64,000 nucleotides of DNA from Auanema rhodensis (Eukaryota > Animalia > Nematoda), in the NCBI GenBank assembly GCA_964057225.1, contig OZ059895.1:17918001-17982000 (forward strand). Reading direction: 5' to 3'. Within the stretch, counting starts at the first letter, position 1. Every line of letters starts with the position of its first letter. This document shows positions 1 to 13,628 of this stretch, one piece after another. The position numbers were made by a program, and so were the translations under genes. The notes under the pieces are model-generated. The model was given only the letters and a program-made list of their open reading frames with translations. It was not told where the DNA came from and ran no database searches.

Positions 1-428
1 AAAGGTCGGTGGTTCAATCCCGCCTGGAGGCATTTTTTTTCTTTCTGAACACCTCAGTTTGAAGAAATAACATCTGTAAATCAATTCAGAATTACCCTCA
101 ACTGCTGAGCTTCGCCTCGTTCCTTTTTCTATTTGTTTTATATTGTTCATCCACAAGCAGTGACTGTATAGAAATATTTTTATTCCTTATTGTAGCCTCT
201 ATAGCTCAGTGGCAGAGCGTTGGTCTTGTAAACCAAAGGTCGGTGGTGCAATCACGCCTGGAGGCATTTTTTTTCTTTCTGAACACCTCAGTTTGAAGAA
301 ATAACATCTGTAAATCAATTCAAAACTACCCTCAACTGCTGAGCTTCGCCTCGTTCCTGTTTCTATTTGTTTCATATTGTTCATCCACAAACAGTGACTG
401 TATAGAAATAGTTTTCTTTCTTATTGTA

Positions 429-500
429 GCCTCTATAGCTCAGTGGCAGAGCGTTGGTCTTGTAAACCAAAGGTCGGTGGTTCAATCCCGCCTGGAGGCA
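429..500 (+). tRNA. trnT-UGU: tRNA-Thr(TGT), representative canonical copy
   Basis: GCCTCTATAGCTCAGTGGCAGAGCGTTGGTCTTGTAAACCAAAGGTCGGTGGTTCAATCCCGCCTGGAGGCA folds as a cloverleaf: acceptor GCCTCTA/TGGAGGC, D-stem GCTC/GAGC, anticodon stem TTGGT/ACCAA with loop CT-TGT-AA, T-arm GGTGG-TTCAATC-CCGCC. No intron and no encoded CCA. Confidence 0.97.
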
Positions 501-508
501 TTTTTTTT
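501..508 (+). terminator. RNA polymerase III oligo(T) terminator (one after each tRNA; representative)
   Basis: T7-T8 run immediately after the discriminator A in most units; T5 variants in others. Confidence 0.85.
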
Positions 509-3425
509 CTTTCTGAACACCTCAGTTTGAAGAAATAACATCTGTAAATCAATTCAGAATTACCCTCAACTGCTGAGCTTCGCCTCGTTCTTGTTTCTAT
601 TTGTTTCCTATTGCTCATCCACAAACAGTGACTGTATAGAAATATTTTTCTATCTTATTGTAGCCTCTATAGCTCAGTGGCAGAGCGTTGGTCTTGTAAA
701 CCAAAGGTCGGTGGTTCAATCCCGCCTGGAGGCATTTTTTTTCTTTCTGAACACCTCAGTTTGAAGAAATAACATCTGTAAATCAATTCAGAATTACCCT
801 CAACTGCTGAGCTTCGCCTCGTTCTTGTTTCTATTTGTTTCATATTGTTCATCCACAAACAGTGACTGTATAGAAATATTTTTCTATCTTATTGTAGCCT
901 CTATAGCTCAGTGGCAGAGCGTTGGTCTTGTAAACCAAAGGTCGGTGGTTCAATCCCGCCTGGAGGCATTTTTTTTCTTTCTGAACACCTCAGTTTGAAG
1001 AAATAACATCTGTAAATCAATTCAGAATTACCCTCAACTGCTGAGCTTCGCCTCGTTCCTTTTTCTATTTGTTTTATATTGTTCATCCACAAGCAGTGAC
1101 TGTATAGAAATATTTTTCTATCTTATTGTAGCCTCTATAGCTCAGTGGCAGAGCGTTGGTCTTGTAAACCAAAGGTCGGTGGTTCAATCCCGCCTGGAGG
1201 CATTTTTTTTCTTTCTGAACACCTCAGTTTGAAGAAATAACATCTGTAAATCAATTCATAATTACCCTCAACTGCTGAGCTTCGCCTCGTTCTTGTTTCT
1301 ATTTGTTTCATATTGTTCATCCACAAACAGTGACTGTATAGAAATATTTTTCTATCTTATTGTAGCCTCTATAGCTCAGTGGCAGAGCGTTGGTCTTGTA
1401 AACCAAAGGTCGGTGGTTCAATCCCGCCTGGAGGCATTTTTTTCTTTCTGAACACCTCAGTTTGAAGAAATAACATCTGTAAATCAATTCAGAATTACCC
1501 TCACCTGCTGAGCTTCGCCTCGTTCTTGTTTATATTTGTTTCATATTGTTCATCCACAAACAGTGACTGTATAGAAATATTTTTCTATCTTATTGTAGCC
1601 TCTATAGCCTAGTGGCAGAGCGTTGGTCTTGTAAACCAAAGGTCGGTGGTTCAATCCCGCCTGGAGGCATTTTTTTTCTTTCTGAACACCTCAGTTTGAA
1701 GAAATAACATCTGTAAATCAATTCAGAATTACCCTCAACTGCTGAGCTTCGCCTCGTTCCTTTTTCTATTTGTTTTATATTGTTCATCCACAAGCAGTGA
1801 CTGTATAGAAATATTTTTCTATCTTATTGTAGCCTCTATAGCTCAGTGGCAGAGCGTTGGTCTTGTAAACCAAAGGTCGGTGGTTCAATCCCGCCTGGAG
1901 GCATTTTTTTTCTTTCTGAACACCTCAGTTTGAAGAAATAACATCTGTAAATCAATTCATAATTACCCTCAACTGCTGAGCTTCGCCTCGTTCTTGTTTC
2001 TATTTGTTTCATATTGTTCATCCACAAACAGTGACTGTATAGAAATATTTTTCTATCTTATTGTAGCCTCTATAGCTCAGTGGCAGAGCGTTGGTCTTGT
2101 AAACCAAAGGTCGGTGGTTCAATCCCGCCTGGAGGCATTTTTTTCTTTCTGAACACCTCAGTTTGAAGAAATAACATCTGTAAATCAATTCAGAATTACC
2201 CTCACCTGCTGAGCTTCGCCTCGTTCTTGTTTATATTTGTTTCATATTGTTCATCCACAAACAGTGACTGTATAGAAATATTTCTCTATCTTATTGTAGC
2301 CTCTATAGCTCAGTGGCAGAGCGTTGGTCTTGTAAACCAAAGGTCGGTGGTTCAATCCCGCCTGGAGGCATTTTTTTTCTTTCTGAACACCTCAGTTTGA
2401 AGAAATAACATCTGTAAATCAATTCATAATTACCCTCAACTGCTGAGCTTCGCCTCGTTCTTGTTTCTATTTGTTTCATATTGTTCATCCACAAACAGTG
2501 ACTGTATAGAAATATTTTTCTATCTTATTGTAGCCTCTATAGCTCAGTGGCAGAGCGTTGGTCTTGTAAACCAAAGGTCGGTGGTTCAATCCCGCCTGGA
2601 GGCATTTTTTTTCTTTCTGAACACCTCAGTTTGAAGAAATAACATCTGTAAATCAATTCAAAATTACCCTCAACTGCTGAGCTTCGCCTCGTTCCTGTTC
2701 CTATTCGTTTCATATTGTTCATCCACAAACAGTGACTGTATAGAAATATTTTTCTATCTTATTGTAGCCTCTATAGCCTAGTGGCAGAGCGTTGGTCTTG
2801 TAAACCAAAGGTCGGTGGTTCAATCCCGCCTGGAGGCATTTTTTTTCTTTCTGAACACCTCAGTTTGAAGAAATAACATCTGTAAATCAATTCAGAATTA
2901 CCCTCAACTGCTGAGCTTCGCCTCGTTCTTGTTTCTATTTGTTTCATATTGTTCATCCACAAACAGTGACTGTATAGAAATATTTTTCTATCTTATTGTA
3001 GCCTCTATAGCTCAGTGGCAGAGCGTTGGTCTTGTAAACCAAAGGTCGGTGGTTCAATCCCGCCTGGAGGCATTTTTTTTCTTTCTGAACACCTCAGTTT
3101 GAAGAAATAACATCTGTAAATCAATTCAAAATTACCCTCAACTGCTGAGCTTCGCCTCGTTCCTGTTCCTATTCGTTTCATATTGTTCATCCACAAACAG
3201 TGACTGTATAGAAATATTTTTCTATCTTATTGTAGCCTCTATAGCCTAGTGGCAGAGCGTTGGTCTTGTAAACCAAAGGTCGGTGGTTCAATCCCGCCTG
3301 GAGGCATTTTTTTTCTTTCTGAACACCTCAGTTTGAAGAAATAACATCTGTAAATCAATTCAGAATTACCCTCAACTGCTGAGCTTCGCCTCGTTCTTGT
3401 TTCTATTTGTTTCCTATTGCTCATC

Positions 3426-3770
3426 CGTTCCGTTATGCTCCTGCGTCGATAATATAAACCATTGTAGTTTATACTATGACGCGCATAGTATTCCTTGGTG
3501 TAGCGGTAAGGAATAAAGAGCATAAGGTCAATCATAAGATAAAAGAGAGAAAGATTTATTAGCATGAAACTACAACAATAATATACAAAGATAAAGATAC
3601 AATACAATAAGATAAAGATAAGTATAAAGACTAAACTACAAGCCGTCCATGAGCTTGCTAAGAGGCGAACTCCCGACCAAGGGAACGAGGGAAGGCGGAG
3701 CCATTCCTCGGTCCTCTGGTCGTCTGGCTCTAACCCTTCAGCTACATATATGGGGAGTCCGAATGGAACG
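3426..3770 (-). mobile_element. Solo LTR (345 bp) with CGTTCC...GGAACG inverted ends and 4-bp CATC target-site duplication
   Basis: CATC at 3422-3425 and 3771-3774. The sister unit at about 5876 shows the empty site with the same spacer variants. AATAAA on the minus strand (3555-3560). A near-identical copy at 13629-13972 abuts a purine tract. Confidence 0.8.
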
Positions 3771-6700
3771 CATCCACAAACAGTGACTGTATAGAAATAT
3801 TTTTCTATCTTGTTGTAGCCTCTATAGCTCAGTGGCAGAGCGTTGGTCTTGTAAACCAAAGGTCGGTGGTTCAATCCCGCCTGGAGGCATTTTTTTTCTT
3901 TCTGAACACCTCAGTTTGAAGAAATAACATCTGTAAATCAATTCAGAATTACCCTCAACTGCTGAGCTTCGCCTCGTTCTTGTTTCTATTTGTTTCATAT
4001 TGTTCATCCACAAACAGTGATTGTATAGAAATATTTTTGTATCTTATTGTAGCCTCTATAGCTCAGTGGCAGAGCGTTGGTCTTGTAAACCAAAGGTCGG
4101 TGGTTCAATCCCGCCTGGAGGCATTTTTCTTCTTTCTGAACACCTCAGTTTGAAGAAATAACATCAGTAAATCAATTCAAAATTACCCTCAACTGCTGAG
4201 CTTCGCCTCGTTCTTGTTTCTATTTGTTTCATATTGTTCATCCACAAACAGTGACTGTATAGAAATATTTTTCTATCTTATTGTAGCCTCTATAGCTCAG
4301 TGGCAGAGCGTTGGTCTTGTAAACCAAAGGTCGGTGGTTCAATCCCGCCTGGAGGCATTTTTTTTCTTTCTGAACACCTCAGTTTGAAGAAATAACATCT
4401 GTAAATCAATTCAGAATTACCCTCAACTGCTGAGCTTCGCCTCGTTCCTTTTTCTATTTGTTTTATATTGTTCATCCACAAGCAGTGACTGTATAGAAAT
4501 ATTTTTATTCCTTATTGTAGCCTCTATAGCTCAGTGGCAGAGCGTTGGTCTTGTAAACCAAAGGTCGGTGGTGCAATCACGCCTGGAGGCATTTTTTTTC
4601 TTTCTGAACACCTCAGTTTGAAGAAATAACATCTGTAAATCAATTCAAAACTACCCTCAACTGCTGAGCTTCGCCTCGTTCCTGTTTCTATTTGTTTCAT
4701 ATTGTTCATCCACAAACAGTGACTGTATAGAAATACTTTTCTTTCTTATTGTAGCCTCTATAGCTCAGTGGCAGAGCGTTGGTCTTGTAAACCAAAGGTC
4801 GGTGGTTCAATCCCGCCTGGAGGCATTTTTTTCTTTCTGAACACCTCAGTTTGAAGAAATAACATCTGTAAATCAATTCAGAATTACCCTCAACTGCTGA
4901 GCTTCGCCTCGTTCCTTTTTCTATTTGTTTTATATTGTTCATCCACAAGCAGTGACTGTATAGAAATATTTTTCTATCTTATTGTAGCCTCTATAGCTCA
5001 GTGGCAGAGCGTTGGTCTTGTAAACCAAAGGTCGGTGGTTCAATCCCGCCTGGAGGCATTTTTTTTCTTTCTGAACACCTCAGTTTGAAGAAATAACATC
5101 TGTAAATCAATTCATAATTACCCTCAACTGCTGAGCTTCGCCTCGTTCTTGTTTCTATTTGTTTCATATTGTTCATCCACAAACAGTGACTGTATAGAAA
5201 TATTTTTCTATCTTATTGTAGCCTCTATAGCCTAGTGGCAGAGCGTTGGTCTTGTAAACCAAAGGTCGGTGGTTCAATCCCGCCTGGAGGCATTTTTTTT
5301 CTTTCTGAACACCTCAGTTTGAAGAAATAACATCTGTAAATCAATTCAGAATTACCCTCAACTGCTGAGCTTCGCCTCGTTCTTGTTTCTATTTGTTTCA
5401 TATTGTTCATCCACAAACAGTGACTGTATAGAAATATTTTTCTATCTTATTGTAGCCTCTATAGCTCAGTGGCAGAGCGTTGGTCTTGTAAACCAAAGGT
5501 CGGTGGTTCAATCCCGCCTGGAGGCATTTTTTTTCTTTCTGAACACCTCAGTTTGAAGAAATAACATCTGTAAATCAATTCAAAATTACCCTCAACTGCT
5601 GAGCTTCGCCTCGTTCCTGTTCCTATTCGTTTCATATTGTTCATCCACAAACAGTGACTGTATAGAAATATTTTTCTATCTTATTGTAGCCTCTATAGCC
5701 TAGTGGCAGAGCGTTGGTCTTGTAAACCAAAGGTCGGTGGTTCAATCCCGCCTGGAGGCATTTTTTTTCTTTCTGAACACCTCAGTTTGAAGAAATAACA
5801 TCTGTAAATCAATTCAGAATTACCCTCAACTGCTGAGCTTCGCCTCGTTCTTGTTTCTATTTGTTTCCTATTGCTCATCCACAAACAGTGACTGTATAGA
5901 AATATTTTTCTATCTTGTTGTAGCCTCTATAGCTCAGTGGCAGAGCGTTGGTCTTGTAAACCAAAGGTCGGTGGTTCAATCCCGCCTGGAGGCATTTTTT
6001 TTCTTTCTGAACACCTCAGTTTGAAGAAATAACATCTGTAAATCAATTCAGAATTACCCTCAACTGCTGAGCTTCGCCTCGTTCTTGTTTCTATTTGTTT
6101 CATATTGTTCATCCACAAACAGTGATTGTATAGAAATATTTTTGTATCTTATTGTAGCCTCTATAGCTCAGTGGCAGAGCGTTGGTCTTGTAAACCAAAG
6201 GTCGGTGGTTCAATCCCGCCTGGAGGCATTTTTCTTCTTTCTGAACACCTCAGTTTGAAGAAATAACATCAGTAAATCAATTCAAAATTACCCTCAACTG
6301 CTGAGCTTCGCCTCGTTCTTGTTTCTATTTGTTTCATATTGTTCATCCACAAACAGTGACTGTATAGAAATATTTTTCTATCTTATTGTAGCCTCTATAG
6401 CTCAGTGGCAGAGCGTTGGTCTTGTAAACCAAAGGTCGGTGGTTCAATCCCGCCTGGAGGCATTTTTTTTCTTTCTGAACACCTCAGTTTGAAGAAATAA
6501 CATCTGTAAATCAATTCAGAATTACCCTCAACTGCTGAGCTTCGCCTCGTTCCTTTTTCTATTTGTTTTATATTGTTCATCCACAAGCAGTGACTGTATA
6601 GAAATATTTTTATTCCTTATTGTAGCCTCTATAGCTCAGTGGCAGAGCGTTGGTCTTGTAAACCAAAGGTCGGTGGTGCAATCACGCCTGGAGGCATTTT

Positions 6701-9700
6701 TTTTCTTTCTGAACACCTCAGTTTGAAGAAATAACATCTGTAAATCAATTCAAAACTACCCTCAACTGCTGAGCTTCGCCTCGTTCCTGTTTCTATTTGT
6801 TTCATATTGTTCATCCACAAACAGTGACTGTATAGAAATACTTTTCTTTCTTATTGTAGCCTCTATAGCTCAGTGGCAGAGCGTTGGTCTTGTAAACCAA
6901 AGGTCGGTGGTTCAATCCCGCCTGGAGGCATTTTTTTCTTTCTGAACACCTCAGTTTGAAGAAATAACATCTGTAAATCAATTCAGAATTACCCTCAACT
7001 GCTGAGCTTCGCCTCGTTCCTTTTTCTATTTGTTTTATATTGTTCATCCACAAGCAGTGACTGTATAGAAATATTTTTCTATCTTATTGTAGCCTCTATA
7101 GCTCAGTGGCAGAGCGTTGGTCTTGTAAACCAAAGGTCGGTGGTTCAATCCCGCCTGGAGGCATTTTTTTTCTTTCTGAACACCTCAGTTTGAAGAAATA
7201 ACATCTGTAAATCAATTCATAATTACCCTCAACTGCTGAGCTTCGCCTCGTTCTTGTTTCTATTTGTTTCATATTGTTCATCCACAAACAGTGACTGTAT
7301 AGAAATATTTTTCTATCTTATTGTAGCCTCTATAGCTCAGTGGCAGAGCGTTGGTCTTGTAAACCAAAGGTCGGTGGTTCAATCCCGCCTGGAGGCATTT
7401 TTTTCTTTCTGAACACCTCAGTTTGAAGAAATAACATCTGTAAATCAATTCAGAATTACCCTCACCTGCTGAGCTTCGCCTCGTTCTTGTTTATATTTGT
7501 TTCATATTGTTCATCCACAAACAGTGACTGTATAGAAATATTTCTCTATCTTATTGTAGCCTCTATAGCTCAGTGGCAGAGCGTTGGTCTTGTAAACCAA
7601 AGGTCGGTGGTTCAATCCCGCCTGGAGGCATTTTTTTTCTTTCTGAACACCTCAGTTTGAAGAAATAACATCTGTAAATCAATTCATAATTACCCTCAAC
7701 TGCTGAGCTTCGCCTCGTTCTTGTTTCTATTTGTTTCATATTGTTCATCCACAAACAGTGACTGTATAGAAATATTTTTCTATCTTATTGTAGCCTCTAT
7801 AGCTCAGTGGCAGAGCGTTGGTCTTGTAAACCAAAGGTCGGTGGTTCAATCCCGCCTGGAGGCATTTTTTTTCTTTCTGAACACCTCAGTTTGAAGAAAT
7901 AACATCTGTAAATCAATTCAAAATTACCCTCAACTGCTGAGCTTCGCCTCGTTCCTGTTCCTATTTGTTTCATATTGTTCATCCACAAACAGTGACTGTA
8001 TAGAAATATTTTTCTATCTTATTGTAGCCTCTATAGCCTAGTGGCAGAGCGTTGGTCTTGTAAACCAAAGGTCGGTGGTTCAATCCCGCCTGGAGGCATT
8101 TTTTTTCTTTCTGAACACCTCAGTTTGAAGAAATAACATCTGTAAATCAATTCAGAATTACCCTCAACTGCTGAGCTTCGCCTCGTTCTTGTTTCTATTT
8201 GTTTCCTATTGCTCATCCACAAACAGTGACTGTATAGAAATATTTTTCTATCTTGTTGTAGCCTCTATAGCTCAGTGGCAGAGCGTTGGTCTTGTAAACC
8301 AAAGGTCGGTGGTTCAATCCCGCCTGGAGGCATTTTTTTTCTTTCTGAACACCTCAGTTTGAAGAAATAACATCTGTAAATCAATTCAGAATTACCCTCA
8401 ACTGCTGAGCTTCGCCTCGTTCTTGTTTCTATTTGTTTCATATTGTTCATCCACAAACAGTGATTGTATAGAAATATTTTTGTATCTTATTGTAGCCTCT
8501 ATAGCTCAGTGGCAGAGCGTTGGTCTTGTAAACCAAAGGTCGGTGGTTCAATCCCGCCTGGAGGCATTTTTCTTCTTTCTGAACACCTCAGTTTGAAGAA
8601 ATAACATCAGTAAATCAATTCAAAATTACCCTCAACTGCTGAGCTTCGCCTCGTTCTTGTTTCTATTTGTTTCATATTGTTCATCCACAAACAGTGACTG
8701 TATAGAAATATTTTTCTATCTTATTGTAGCCTCTATAGCTCAGTGGCAGAGCGTTGGTCTTGTAGACCAAAGGTTGGTGGTTCAATCCCGCCTGGAGGCA
8801 TTTTTTTTCTTTCTGAACACCTCAGTTTGAAGAAATAACATCTGTAAATCAATTCAGAATTACCCTCAACTGCTGAGCTTCGCCTCGTTCCTTTTTCTAT
8901 TTGTTTTATATTGTTCATCCACAAGCAGTGACTGTATAGAAATATTTTTCTATCTTATTGTAGCCTCTATAGCTCAGTGGCAGAGCGTTGGTCTTGTAAA
9001 CCAAAGGTCGGTGGTTCAATCCCGCCTGGAGGCATTTTTTTTCTTTCTGAACACCTCAGTTTGAAGAAATAACATCTGTAAATCAATTCAAAACTACCCT
9101 CAACTGCTGAGCTTCGCCTCGTTCCTGTTTCTATTAGTTTCATATTGTTCATCCACAAACAGTGACTGTATAGAAATATTTTTCTATCTTATTGTAGCCT
9201 CTATAGCTCAGTGGCAGAGCGTTGGTCTTGTAAACCAAAGGTCGGTGGTTCAATCCCGCTTGGAGGCATTTTTTTTCTTTCTGAACACCTCAGTTTGAAG
9301 AAATAACATCTGTAAATCAATTCAGAATTACCCTCAACTGCTGAGCTTCGCCTCGTTCCTTTTTCTATTTGTTTTATATTGTTCATCCACAAGCAGTGAC
9401 TGTATAGAAATATTTTTCTGTCTTATTGTAGCCTCTATAGCTCAGTGGCAGAGCGTTGGTCTTGTAAACCAAAGGTCGGTGGTTCAATCCCGCCTGGAGG
9501 CATTTTTTTTCTTTCTGAACACCTCAGTTTGAAGAAATAACATCTGTAAATCAATTCAGAATTACCCTCAACTGCTGAGCTTCGCCTCGTTCTTGTTTCT
9601 ATTTGTTTCCTATTGCTCATCCACAAACAGTGACTGTATAGAAATATTTTTCTATCTTGTTGTAGCCTCTATAGCTCAGTGGCAGAGCGTTGGTCTTGTA

Positions 9701-12700
9701 AACCAAAGGTCGGTGGTTCGATCCCGCCTGGAGGCATTTTTTTCTTTCTGAACACCTCAGTTTGAAGAAATAACATCTGTAAATCAATTCAGAATTACCC
9801 TCAACTGCTGAGCTTCGCCTCGTTCTTGTTTCTATTTGTTTCCTATTGCTCATCCACAAACAGTGACTGTATAGAAATATTTTTCTATCTTGTTGTAGCC
9901 TCTATAGCTCAGTGGCAGAGCGTTGGTCTTGTAAACCAAAGGTCGGTGGTTCGATCCCGCCTGGAGGCATTTTTTTCTTTCTGAACACCTCAGTTTGAAG
10001 AAATAACATCTGTAAATCAATTCAGAATTACCCTCAACTGCTGAGCTTCGCCTCGTTCTTGTTTCTATTTGTTTCATATTGTTCATCCACAAACAGTGAT
10101 TGTATAGAAATATTTTTCTATCTTATTGTAGCCTCTATAGCTCAGTGGCAGAGCGTTGGTCTTGTAAACCAAAGGTCGGTGGTTCAATCCCGCCTGGAGG
10201 CATTTTTCTTCTTTCTGAACACCTCAGTTTGAAGAAATAACATCAGTAAATCAATTCAAAATTACCCTCAACTGCTGAGCTTCGCCTCGTTCTTGTTTCT
10301 ATTTGTTTCATATTGTTCATCCACAAACAGTGACTGTATAGAAATATTTTTCTATCTTATTGTAGCCTCTATAGCTCAGTGGCAGAGCGTTGGTCTTGTA
10401 AACCAAAGGTCGGTGGTTCAATCCCGCCTGGAGGCATTTTTTTTCTTTCTGAACACCTCAGTTTGAAGAAATAACATCTGTAAATCAATTCAGAATTACC
10501 CTCAACTGCTGAGCTTCGCCTCGTTCCTTTTTCTATTTGTTTTATATTGTTCATCCACAAGCAGTGACTGTATAGAAATATTTTTCTATCTTATTGTAGC
10601 CTCTATAGCTCAGTGGCAGAGCGTTGGTCTTGTAAACCAAAGGTCGGTGGTTCAATCCCGCCTGGAGGCATTTTTTTTCTTTCTGAACACCTCAGTTTGA
10701 AGAAATAACATCTGTAAATCAATTCAAAACTACCCTCAACTGCTGAGCTTCGCCTCGTTCCTGTTTCTATTTGTTTCATATTGTTCATCCACAAACAGTG
10801 ACTGTATAGAAATATTTTTCTATCTTATTGTAGCCTCTATAGCTCAGTGGCAGAGCGTTGGTCTTGTAAACCAAAGGTCGGTGGTTCAATCCCGCCTGGA
10901 GGCATTTTTTTTCTTTCTGAACACCTCAGTTTGAAGAAATAACATCTGTAAATCAATTCAGAATTACCCTCAACTGCTGAGCTTCGCCTCGTTCCTTTTT
11001 CTATTTGTTTTATATTGTTCATCCACAAGCAGTGACTGTATAGAAATATTTTTATTTCTTATTGTAGCCTCTATAGCTCAGTGGCAGAGCGTTGGTCTTG
11101 TAAACCAAAGGTCGGTGGTTCAATCCCGCCTGGAGGCATTTTTTTTCTTTCTGAACACCTCAGTTTGAAGAAATAACATCTGTAAATCAATTCATAATTA
11201 CCCTCAACTGCTGAGCTTCGCCTCGTTCTTGTTTCTATTTGTTTCATATTGTTCATCCACAAACAGTGACTGTATAGAAATATTTTTTTATCTTATTGTA
11301 CCCTCTATAGCTCAGTGGCAGAGCGTTGGTCTTGTAAACCAAAGGTCGGTGGTTCAATCCCGCCTGGAGGCATTTTTTTTCTTTCTGAACACCTCAGTTT
11401 GAAGAAATAACATCTGTAAATCAATTCAGAATTACCCTCAACTGCTGAGCTTCGCCTCGTTCCTTTTTCTATTTGTTTTATATTGTTCATCCACAAGCAG
11501 TGACTGTATAGAAATATTTTTCTATCTTATTGTAGCCTCTATAGCTCAGTGGCAGAGCGTTGGTCTTGTAAACCAAAGGTCGGTGGTTCAATCCCGCCTG
11601 GAGGCATTTTTTTTCTTTCTGAACACCTCAGTTTGAAGAAATAACATCTGTAAATCAATTCAAAACTACCCTCAACTGCTGAGCTTCGCCTCGTTCCTGT
11701 TTCTATTTGTTTCATATTGTTCATCCACAAACAGTGACTGTATAGAAATATTTTTCTATCTTATTGTAGCCTCTATAGCTCAGTGGCAGAGCGTTGGTCT
11801 TGTAAACCAAAGGTCGGTGGTTCAATCCCGCCTGGAGGCATTTTTTTTCTTTCTGAACACCTCAGTTTGAAGAAATAACATCTGTAAATCAATTCAGAAT
11901 TACCCTCAACTGCTGAGCTTCGCCTCGTTCCTTTTTCTATTTGTTTTATATTGTTCATCCACAAGCAGTGACTGTATAGAAATATTTTTATTTCTTATTG
12001 TAGCCTCTATAGCTCAGTGGCAGAGCGTTGGTCTTGTAAACCAAAGGTCGGTGGTTCAATCCCGCCTGGAGGCATTTTTTTTCTTTCTGAACACCTCAGT
12101 TTGAAGAAATAACATCTGTAAATCAATTCATAATTACCCTCAACTGCTGAGCTTCGCCTCGTTCTTGTTTCTATTTGTTTCATATTGTTCATCCACAAAC
12201 AGTGACTGTATAGAAATATTTTTTTATCTTATTGTAGCCTCTATAGCTCAGTGGCAGAGCGTTGGTCTTGTAAACCAAAGGTCGGTGGTTCAATCCCGCC
12301 CGGAGGCATTTTTTTTCTTTCTGAACACCTCAGTTTGAAGAAATAACATCTGTAAATCAATTCAAAATTACCTTCAACTGCTGAGCTTCGCCTCGTTCCT
12401 TTTTCTATTTGTTTTATATTGTTCATCCACAAACAGTGACTGTATAGAAATATTTTTCTATCTTATTGTAGCCTCTATAGCTCAGTGGCAGAGCGTTGGT
12501 CTTGTAAACCAAAGGTCGGTGGTGCAATCCCGCCTGGAGGCATTTTTTTTCTTTCTGAACACCTCAGTTTAAAGAAATAACAACTGTAAATCAATTCAGA
12601 ATTACCCTCAACTGCTGATCTTCGCCTCGTTTTTGTTTCTATTTGTTTCATATTGCTCATCCACAAACAGTGACTGTATAGAAATATTTTTCTATCTTAT

Positions 12701-13406
12701 TGTAGCCTCTATAGCTCAGTGGCAGAGCGTTGGTCTTGTAAACCAAAGGTCGGTGGTGCAATCCCGCCTGGAGGCATTTTTTTTCTTTCTGAACACCTCA
12801 GTTTGAAGAAATAACAACTGTAAATCAATTCAGAATTACCCTCAACTGCTGATCTTCGCCTCGTTCTTGTTTCTATTTGTTTCATATTGTTCATCCACAA
12901 ACAGTGACTGTATAGAAATATTTTTCTATCTTATTGTAGCCTCTATAGCTCAGTGGCAGAGCGTTGGTCTTGTAAACCAAAGGTCGGTGGTGCAATCCCG
13001 CCTGGAGGCATTTTTTTTCTTTCTGAACACCTCAGTTTGAAGAAATAACAACTGTAAATCAATTCAGAATTACCCTCAACTGCTGATCTTCGCCTCGTTT
13101 TTGTTTCTATTTGTTTCATATTGCTCATCCACAAACAGTGACTGTATAGAAATATTTTTCCATCTTATTGTAGCCTCTATAGCTCAGTGGCAGAGCGTTG
13201 GTCTTGTAAACCAAAGGTCGGTGGTGCAATCCCGCCTGGAGGCATTTTTTTTCTTTCTGAACACCTCAGTTTGAAGAAATAACAATTGTAAATCAATTCA
13301 GAATTACCCTCAACTGCTGATCTTCGCCTCGTTCCTTTTTCTATTTGTTTCATATTGTTCATCCACAAACAGTGACTGTATAGAAATATTTTTCTTTCTT
13401 ATTGTA

Positions 13407-13461
13407 GCCTCTATAGCTCAGTGGCAGAGCGTTGGTCTTGTAAACCAAAGGTCGGTGGTTC
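13407..13461 (+). pseudogene. tRNA-Thr copy with a 30-bp deletion removing the 3' T-arm, acceptor strand and terminator
   Basis: GGTGGTTC joins directly to TGAACACC (TTC microhomology); unit length is 204 instead of 234. Confidence 0.9.
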
Positions 13462-13610
13462 TGAACACCTCAGTTTGAAGAAATAACATCTGTAAATCAA
13501 TTCAAAATTACCCTCAACTGCTGAGCTTCGCCTCGTTCTTGTTTCTATTCGTTTCATATTGTTCATCCACAAACAGTGACTGTATAGAAATATTTTTCTA
13601 TCTTATTGTA

Positions 13611-13628
13611 GCCTCTATAGCTCAGTGG
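13611..13628 (+). pseudogene. tRNA-Thr 5' fragment interrupted in the D-loop by the LTR element
   Basis: GCCTCTATAGCTCAGTGG is followed directly by CGTTCCGTTATG. Confidence 0.85.

Larger units (their letters stand above)
195..13244 (+). tRNA. trnT-UGU: About 55 tandem full-length tRNA-Thr(TGT) genes (left block)
   Basis: Count from (13173-195-349)/234. Anticodon TGT in all copies read. Some copies carry A-box or B-box substitutions. Confidence 0.93.

Noticed and set aside
835-842. TTGTTTCA in the tRNA spacer as a piRNA (Ruby) upstream motif
   Set aside because: Imperfect match to CTGTTTCA, lost in many units (TTGTTTTA, TTGTTTCC), and expected by chance in T-rich DNA.
3239-3874. 211-aa ORF
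   Set aside because: Chance read-through across tRNA antisense, the solo LTR and spacer; no domain features.
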